Origin: Candidatus Iainarchaeum sp. | GTDB lineage: Archaea > Iainarchaeota > Iainarchaeia > Iainarchaeales > JAAZKV01 | NCBI GenBank assembly: GCA_018691995.1 | Contig: JABHJM010000075.1 | Span: 1-40,703, forward strand | Length of the DNA: 40,703 bases | Reading direction: 5' to 3' | Shown here: positions 34,870 to 40,703 of the stretch, piece by piece | Layout: each line of letters opens with the position of its first letter | Numbering within the stretch: the first letter of the stretch is position 1 | Made by a program: the position numbers and the translations under genes | The notes under the pieces: generated by a model | Database searches by the model: none | The model's input: only the letters and a program-made list of their open reading frames with translations | What the model was told of the DNA's origin: nothing

Positions 34870-35742
34870 TTAAAACTCTGTGGAAAAATCTAAACCTTCT
34901 GTGTATTTATCAAGACCTTTTCTTTTTCCAATTTTTTCAGTTTTTGCGCCTTTTCGATAACTAAGAATTCTTTTTCTTTTTACAAAAATTGGTTTGTTAC
35001 TAGCAACTCCTGGCCCACCAATACAACCACCATTACAAAATAAAATATCATAAAATTTTTTGTCACTATGTTTATCAAAAAGTTTTTGTAAATTCTTTAC
35101 ACCATCTTTTGCAACCATTTCTTCTTTTGTAAGAATATCTTTTGAATGAAGTGTTGCAGAGAGGCCTCCTGCGAGCGGGTATATTTTTGTATAATCATTA
35201 TAGAAACGATCAAACAAATGTGAACCTTTCAAAGGAGTTGGTTTTTCTTTTGAAACAATATCTTTTAGTTCAGAAAATGTAATTGTTGCATGAATTAAAT
35301 TAGGGTATTTTTTTGCTTCTCTTTTTTTTGCAAAGCATGGGGCTAGGAAAACATTTTTTTGGTTTGGCCAATTTTTATCAATTACTTTTGCCATTGCACT
35401 CATTGGAGAATCAAATGGAAGTAAATATTTTTCCATTTCAGGATATTTTGCTTTAACTAATTCTACACAAGCTGGACACACAGAACAAATAAATTTTTCT
35501 TGATTGTCCTTATTTTCATGAATGTATCTATGATATTCTTGGTTTACTATTTTTGCTCCAAATGTAAGTTCTGTTGTATATTCAAAACCCAGTCCTTTCA
35601 TTAAGGGTACAAAGCTATCATAATCAAAATCAACTACAAATGAAGGGGCCGCCATTAAACAAACTTCTTCATCTCCTTTTAGAAGCGAAAGAACTTTTAG
35701 TTGATCCTCATTATACCCTTTATCTTCAACGAATTTTGACAT
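34870..35742 (-). CDS. [FeFe]-hydrogenase large-subunit H-domain-like protein, unusually short (290 aa)
   Basis: Three H-cluster-type Cys motifs in the correct order: ICSVCPAC (compare TSCCPxW), LAPCFAKKRE (compare MPCxxKxxE) and FCNGGCIGGPG (compare CxxGCxxGGG). No ferredoxin-like N-terminal domain. Confidence 0.65.
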   Translation of the reverse strand: MSKFVEDKGYNEDQLKVLSLLKGDEEVCLMAAPSFVVDFDYDSFVPLMKGLGFEYTTELTFGAKIVNQEYHRYIHENKDNQEKFICSVCPACVELVKAKYPEMEKYLLPFDSPMSAMAKVIDKNWPNQKNVFLAPCFAKKREAKKYPNLIHATITFSELKDIVSKEKPTPLKGSHLFDRFYNDYTKIYPLAGGLSATLHSKDILTKEEMVAKDGVKNLQKLFDKHSDKKFYDILFCNGGCIGGPGVASNKPIFVKRKRILSYRKGAKTEKIGKRKGLDKYTEGLDFSTEF

Positions 35743-35824
35743 AGTATCCTTTTAGGAAAAGGAAATATTTAATGGTTAGCAAAAAAATTAGTAAAAAGAT
35801 TATTTCTTTTGGAAAAAGATTGTT

Positions 35825-36505
35825 CTAAGGTCTTTTTCTTTGTTTTAAGAGTTTTCTCATTTTTACCCAAGTAGAAATCTCATGTGCTCTTGGCGGACCA
35901 AATCTGCGTGTTTTTGGTTTATTTGGAAAACAAGCATTAGAAACTAAACTAACTCTTTCAAAATTCCCCGAACTAATAAGGACTTTGTAAACTCCTCCCG
36001 CACAATTTTTCCCAATTGTTTTGTCAGAAGGGCGCCTATGTGGTGGCAACCATTTCTTTTCATGAGCATAAATTTCTTTACTTCTATGGATTTCGGTTTG
36101 TGACCCTCCAAGTTGAATATGCTTCGCTCCTGCTTCTTTTAATATTTTAACAAAAGTATTTGGAGAACCAATGCCTACAGGTTCTCTTGTTTCTTTTAAA
36201 TTAGATGATGCCTCGTGTGTTGGGAAAGTAAAGATGTTATTTCTGCCCTCAAGCTGTCCATTAAACTGAGATCTTAGTTCTCCGGGGTGGCTTTCTAAAA
36301 CAATAATTGGTAATTTACTCTTTTGAATCAAACCAAAAATAACACTTTTATAAGAATCATAATGTTTTTGATTATAACCTGTTGTCCTCTCAGTAAAAAA
36401 AGGATGAATTATTACAAGTGCCCGCCCATTAGCAGCCCCCACTTGTTTTTTCAATTCGTCGAAATAACTTTTTGGCATTTCATCAAGAGCATAATGATTA
36501 TTCAT
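35825..36505 (-). CDS. hypothetical protein (226 aa) with a basic C-terminus
   Basis: ORF whose start overlaps the stop of the U32 gene by 4 nt (ATGA), so they are probably co-transcribed. No motif recognised. Confidence 0.6.
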   Translation of the reverse strand: MNNHYALDEMPKSYFDELKKQVGAANGRALVIIHPFFTERTTGYNQKHYDSYKSVIFGLIQKSKLPIIVLESHPGELRSQFNGQLEGRNNIFTFPTHEASSNLKETREPVGIGSPNTFVKILKEAGAKHIQLGGSQTEIHRSKEIYAHEKKWLPPHRRPSDKTIGKNCAGGVYKVLISSGNFERVSLVSNACFPNKPKTRRFGPPRAHEISTWVKMRKLLKQRKRP

Positions 36506-37725
36506 TTTTTACCACGTTTTACAACCTTGAAAACAACATCATTAAGCCTAACACGTTCGTTTGTTTTAATTCCAACTAATTCGCCTTTTTCTGCCACCTT
36601 TAAATCTTTATGATTTGACTGCATTGAAGTAAGAGGAAGTTTTAGAAATGTTGTAACTCCTTCAATGATTAAATCATCCCCTACTTTAATCGAATCAAAT
36701 AGTTTTATTTCTGCAACATTTATTTTTGCATAAAACTTTTTTACTTCTCCAACTTGTACTCTTTTTGTGGTTTGATTGCTTCCTTGAATATTTGTAAGAT
36801 CTTTCCCGCTTGGAATACTTTGAAAAAATCCTTTTGAAAATTTTCTATTGTAAACTTTACTTAATTCTTTATTCCATTTCTTTATTTTTGCTTTTGAAAA
36901 AGTTTTTTCATTCACCGCATCAATTCCTTCTCGATAAACTTTAGTCACTGTTGCAACATAATCGCTTGGTTTTGTTCTCCCTTCTATTTTAAGAGAAACA
37001 ACTCCACTCTTAATCACCTCATCCAAAAATTCAATTGTTTTCATATCTCTTGGAGAAATAATTGTGTCCCCTTGAATTAACAAATCTTTTTCTTTATAAT
37101 TTGGTTTATCACCATCAAGGAAAAATGCTCTCCTACATGGTTGTAAACATTCACCACGATTCGCACTTCTTCCAAATAATTCATGTGAAAGATAACATCT
37201 TCCAGAAACACTAATACACATTGCACCATGCACAAAAATTTCTATTTCAACACCAATTTTTTTAGCTTTACTAACAAGTTTTTTTATTTGCACTAATGAA
37301 AGTTCTCGTGCTAAAACAATTCGCTCAACTCCCAGCTTTTTGTACATCATAAGTGCGCCAACATTTGCAACACTACCTTGGGTTGAAAGATGTGGTTCAA
37401 GTTTATGTTTTTTTACAAGTGAAAGCACTCCAAGATCAGAAACAATTACTGCGTCAACTTTCGCTTCTTTTGCTTTTGCAAGAATAGAATCAATTTTTGT
37501 AAGTTCATCATCAAACACTACTGTGTTAAGTGCTAAATACCCTTTTACTTTATTTTCATGTAAATATTCCATTAGTTTTTTCATTTCACTTTTTTTAAAA
37601 TTTGTTCCAAGATCACGCATATTGAATCCTTTTATTCCAAAATACACTGCGTTCACTCCACTCTTTGTTGCAGCAATAGCACTACTAAAACTTCCAACCC
37701 CTACAAGTAATTCAACTCTTTTCAT
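36502..37725 (-). CDS. peptidase U32 family protein
   Basis: U32 signature EIFVHGAMCISVSGRCYLS followed by CLQPCRR. Confidence 0.85.
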   Translation of the reverse strand: MKRVELLVGVGSFSSAIAATKSGVNAVYFGIKGFNMRDLGTNFKKSEMKKLMEYLHENKVKGYLALNTVVFDDELTKIDSILAKAKEAKVDAVIVSDLGVLSLVKKHKLEPHLSTQGSVANVGALMMYKKLGVERIVLARELSLVQIKKLVSKAKKIGVEIEIFVHGAMCISVSGRCYLSHELFGRSANRGECLQPCRRAFFLDGDKPNYKEKDLLIQGDTIISPRDMKTIEFLDEVIKSGVVSLKIEGRTKPSDYVATVTKVYREGIDAVNEKTFSKAKIKKWNKELSKVYNRKFSKGFFQSIPSGKDLTNIQGSNQTTKRVQVGEVKKFYAKINVAEIKLFDSIKVGDDLIIEGVTTFLKLPLTSMQSNHKDLKVAEKGELVGIKTNERVRLNDVVFKVVKRGKK

Positions 37726-37894
37726 AGAAGGATTATTTAGGAAAAGAGTTTAAAAAGAAAATTAACAAAAAAAATGACCAAAGTACGAAAAATTAGATTC
37801 TTCTGCTAAGTATTTACAGCATTTTTTGTTAAAGGTGTAAAAACATCACACCATTCGGATTAACTTTTTAAACTAAACGAATGCAAAAATAATT

Positions 37895-38323
37895 ATGCCA
37901 ATGATTTATTTTTCATTACAAGAAGCAAACGAGCTTATTCAAAGAATTAAGCCAGGTGTTGAAAGAATAATACAACTTCGAGATGAAATTGAATTGCTTG
38001 ATAATACTCAAATTGAATTTGATAATAAAAGTATTGAAAATATGTTGCTTGAAATTGAACTAAACAAAAGTTTCCATGAAAAAAATTTAGAAATGTATTC
38101 GCTTATTGGTGATTTAATTAGAAAAGGTTGCATTATCAAAGAACTTAAGAATATGGAAATTGATTTATACTCAAGACTTAACAAAAAAGAAATTGCTTTT
38201 TGTTGGAAGGTTGGAGATGAAAAAATCTTGTTTTGGCACAATTTAAATCAAAATTGTGAGAAAAGACAGCCCATAAAAATAGTTGAAAGAGACTATATGG
38301 AAGAGCTAAAAAAACTAAGATAG
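37895..38323 (+). CDS. DUF2203-like hypothetical protein (142 aa)
   Basis: The N-terminus FSLQEANELIQRIKP resembles the conserved FTLEEAN..LP start of DUF2203 proteins. Confidence 0.55.
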   Translation: MPMIYFSLQEANELIQRIKPGVERIIQLRDEIELLDNTQIEFDNKSIENMLLEIELNKSFHEKNLEMYSLIGDLIRKGCIIKELKNMEIDLYSRLNKKEIAFCWKVGDEKILFWHNLNQNCEKRQPIKIVERDYMEELKKLR

Positions 38324-38394
38324 CTCTAATAAGGGCTGTTGAGTAGAACGAAACGCCCAAAGCGCCGCCCGATTTTGCGGGCGTGGAAGAGCTA
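38321..38394. other. GC-rich structured insert, candidate small RNA or miniature insertion
   Basis: The terminal helix TAGCTCT / AGAGCTA encloses GGGC..GCCC and the CGCCCG-ATTTTG-CGGGCG hairpin. Local GC content is far above background. It is bracketed by a duplicated gene 3' end. Confidence 0.4.
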
Positions 38395-38593
38395 AAGAAA
38401 TTACGATAAATTCCGTTTTGGGGCAACGCTTTTAAATCTTTACTAATCTAAATTCAGTTACAATAATGGTTTTTTAGCCATTAATGTGCAAAGGGTATTA
38501 TGTGGTTTTTGAGCTTTTGAGCAAATTATTTTTTTGTATCAATTTAGCCATCCGCATAGACACTAAAAAGCACGAATAAAACCTGGTGATGAA

Positions 38594-38821
38594 TTGACAG
38601 AAGAAAGACACTATTTAGTTCCCGAACACGTTTTGATCCGAAAGGAAAAAACACTTGAATTGTTAGAAGAACTTGGTCTTAAGAAAAAAGCACTACCAAA
38701 AATATCACGACTTGACCCGGCAGTAAAACCACTAAAAGCAGAAGCTGGAGATGTTGTAAAAATTATAAGAGATTCTTATACAGCAGGACAAAGTATATAC
38801 TACAGAAGGGTTGTGAAATAA
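38594..38821 (+). CDS. rpoH: DNA-directed RNA polymerase subunit H (Rpo5)
   Basis: HYLVPEHVLI..LPKISRLDPAVKPL.AEAGDVVKIIRDSYTAGQSIYYRRV is the conserved RpoH core. TTG start with GGTGA 5 nt upstream. Confidence 0.85.
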   Translation: MTEERHYLVPEHVLIRKEKTLELLEELGLKKKALPKISRLDPAVKPLKAEAGDVVKIIRDSYTAGQSIYYRRVVK

Positions 38822-40285
38822 ATGGGTTGGGAAATAATTGATTCTTATTTTAAAAGCAAAAACATTGCTCAAATGGAAATTGATTCTTATAACCAATTCG
38901 TTGAAACAAAATTACAAAGTATAGTTGATGAAAGCTCAACTATTGTTCCAAAAATTGAAGAAGTAAAAATTGAACTTAGCACGATAGAAGTTGAAAAACC
39001 AAAAATTATTGAAGCAGATGGTTCTCCAAGAGACCAATTCACTCCAATGGAATCAAGACTTAGAAACAGAACTTACTCTGGACCTATTTATTTAACAATG
39101 AGACTTTACCGTAGAGACGTTGAACAGGATGCTAGAAGAACATTTGTTGGAGATTTACCTGTTATGACAAAATCAAATTTATGTTGGCTTGACGGAAAGA
39201 ACGATAACGAATTAGTTGAAATGGGAGAAGATCCAAAAGACTTTGGAGGATACTTCATCATAAACGGTAGTGAAAAAGCATTAATGACACAAGAAGTACT
39301 AGCAAGTGATAGAGTATTAATTAGTGAAAACGATAAGGGCGTTGTTAGTGAAGTTATTTCAACAAAAGGAGCATTTAAAGGAAGAGTAAGAATTGCAAGA
39401 AGTCCTGAAGGATTAATCTATGTTACATTCCCAACTTCTCCAAGAAAATTATTATTATTTACTTTATTCAAAGCACTTGGACTTAAAACTAAAAAAGAAA
39501 TCTTTGATGCATTCCCTGAAGAAAAAGAAGTACAAAACGATCTTTTACTAAACTGGGAAGAATGTGAAATTAAAAAAGAAGAAGATGCACTGGACAAAAT
39601 TGGAAAATATGTTGCTCCGGGACAAGTAATTGATTATAGATTAAGACGTGCACGAGAAGTAATAGACGGATTTTTACTTCCACACATTGGACAAGAAGAA
39701 GTTTCAAGACTTGCAAAAGCTTACTACTTATCAATGATGGCAACAAAAGCCATTGAAAGAAGTTACGGACTTCGTGGAAAGGACGATAAGGATCACTACG
39801 CAAACAAAAGACTTGAACTTAGTGGAAAATTAATGGAACACTTATTTAGATATTCATTCAAATATTTTGTAAAAGATTTACGATTCCAAATTGATAGAAC
39901 TGTTACAAGACGAAGAAAATTAAATATTTCAACAATTGTTAGACCTGGAGCAGTAAGTGAGCGAATTAGATTTGCAATGAGCACAGGAAACTGGATTGGA
40001 AGAAGTACTGGTGTTGCAAAGTTCATGGACAGAGTTAATTACCTAGCACCATTAACTGATCTTCGAAAAGTAAAATCACAACTTGCAAAAACAAGAGAAC
40101 TTTATGAAGCACGTGACGTACACGGAACACACTGGGGAAGACTTGACCCAATTGAAACACCTGATGGACCACAATGTGGACTAGTAAAAAATTTATGTTT
40201 TATGGCTGAGGTAACAACAGACGGAGCAGAAGCGCCAATTGAAGAATTCTTAAACAAACAAGGAGTAAAATTGAAAAAATTATAG
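38822..40285 (+). CDS. rpoB2: DNA-directed RNA polymerase subunit B'' (N-terminal half of split Rpo2)
   Basis: Conserved RpoB N-terminal blocks (IDSYNQFV, GGYFIINGSEKALMTQE, DDKDHYANKRL, THWGRLDPIETPDGPQCGLVKNL). Starts immediately after the rpoH stop. Confidence 0.95.
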   Translation: MGWEIIDSYFKSKNIAQMEIDSYNQFVETKLQSIVDESSTIVPKIEEVKIELSTIEVEKPKIIEADGSPRDQFTPMESRLRNRTYSGPIYLTMRLYRRDVEQDARRTFVGDLPVMTKSNLCWLDGKNDNELVEMGEDPKDFGGYFIINGSEKALMTQEVLASDRVLISENDKGVVSEVISTKGAFKGRVRIARSPEGLIYVTFPTSPRKLLLFTLFKALGLKTKKEIFDAFPEEKEVQNDLLLNWEECEIKKEEDALDKIGKYVAPGQVIDYRLRRAREVIDGFLLPHIGQEEVSRLAKAYYLSMMATKAIERSYGLRGKDDKDHYANKRLELSGKLMEHLFRYSFKYFVKDLRFQIDRTVTRRRKLNISTIVRPGAVSERIRFAMSTGNWIGRSTGVAKFMDRVNYLAPLTDLRKVKSQLAKTRELYEARDVHGTHWGRLDPIETPDGPQCGLVKNLCFMAEVTTDGAEAPIEEFLNKQGVKLKKL

Positions 40286-40294
40286 GTGAATATT

Positions 40295-40522
40295 ATGGAA
40301 AAATCATGTTATGTATTGGGAACAATTTTGATTGTTGGAATTATTCTAATTGCATTATGGGTGGGTGGAACATACTTACTTCCATGCGGATTTGGTGGAG
40401 GCCCACAAACCTGCATCCCAGCAACCCCTGATTTTTTACATATTGGAATAATTTTAGTAGTAATAGCAAGCATTGGAAAAATTTGGAAAGTAAAAAAGAA
40501 AAAGGGTGTTATAAATGGCTAA
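40295..40522 (+). CDS. small two-TM membrane protein (75 aa) inserted between rpoB'' and rpoB'
   Basis: AGGTGA lies 6 nt upstream of the ATG at 40295. Two hydrophobic segments and a Lys-rich tail. The last 8 nt overlap the rpoB' start. Confidence 0.5.
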   Translation: MEKSCYVLGTILIVGIILIALWVGGTYLLPCGFGGGPQTCIPATPDFLHIGIILVVIASIGKIWKVKKKKGVING

Positions 40523-40703
40523 ACCAGCAAAAGTATATATTAACGGAAGATTAATTGGATTCCACGAGGATGCCCAAGCAATAACTGATAAAATTGTTAA
40601 CGCTAGAAGAAGTGCAAAAATACCAAAAGAAGTTAATATTGCATTCCACAAAGACACTAATGAAGTTTACATAAACACGGATGCTGGAAGATTACAACGT
40701 CCA
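40515..40703 (+). CDS. rpoB1: DNA-directed RNA polymerase subunit B' (C-terminal half of split Rpo2), 5' fragment running off the window
   Basis: My own translation is MAKPAKVYINGRLIGFHEDAQAITDKIVNARRSAKIPKEVNIAFHKDTNEVYINTDAGRLQRP, which matches the conserved start of archaeal B' subunits. The frame is open to the window end. Confidence 0.85.
   Translation, partial: MAKPAKVYINGRLIGFHEDAQAITDKIVNARRSAKIPKEVNIAFHKDTNEVYINTDAGRLQRP

Noticed and set aside
38476-38497. AATGTGCAAAGGGTATT upstream of rpoH as a possible additional decayed copy of the island repeat
   Set aside because: Only about 8 contiguous matching bases (ATGTGCAA) plus a loose G-rich tail. It has no left motif and no arm complementarity, so the match is consistent with chance.

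Overview
AT-rich (about 30% GC) archaeal window. Archaeal origin is supported by the rpoH, split rpoB'' and rpoB' gene order, intron-containing tRNA-Tyr with a C1:G72 pair, class III (archaeal pilin-type) signal peptides, GGTGA Shine-Dalgarno sequences and TATA boxes 20-23 nt upstream of start codons. The small-genome style suggests a DPANN-like lineage, which is inference only. Recognisable core genes are taw1, a PAP2 phosphatase, a ZIP transporter, an MBL hydrolase, tRNA-Asp, a pilin-like operon, an NSUN m5C methyltransferase, a radical SAM/SPASM protein, a very short [FeFe]-hydrogenase H-domain protein, a U32 peptidase, a DUF2203-like protein and the RNA polymerase genes. A giant surface protein lies at 1120-6048. 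The standout is a roughly 16 kb island (9.3-25.1 kb) anchored on tRNA-Tyr. The tRNA is followed by a tyrosine recombinase and a roughly 5 kb integrated plasmid/virus-like module. After that come ten short co-oriented gene units of 0.5-2.5 kb, each ending in a copy of a 50-100 nt element. The core of that element (GTGCAAYTCTGGGAGGGGGGATT) is the T-arm plus 3' acceptor strand of the tRNA-Tyr gene, and it is preceded by a pyrimidine arm that can fold back on it. The units encode mostly lipoproteins that share one signal peptide but have unrelated ectodomains, plus two toxin-antitoxin pairs at the distal end. I read this as an integron-like cassette platform that uses tRNA-derived hairpin sites, a hypothesis that needs comparative and experimental testing. 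Other oddities are an atypical tRNA-Tyr elbow with a leader-trailer helix, two short duplications of gene 3' ends, a small membrane ORF wedged between rpoB'' and rpoB', and Kazal-like modules in a secreted protein.
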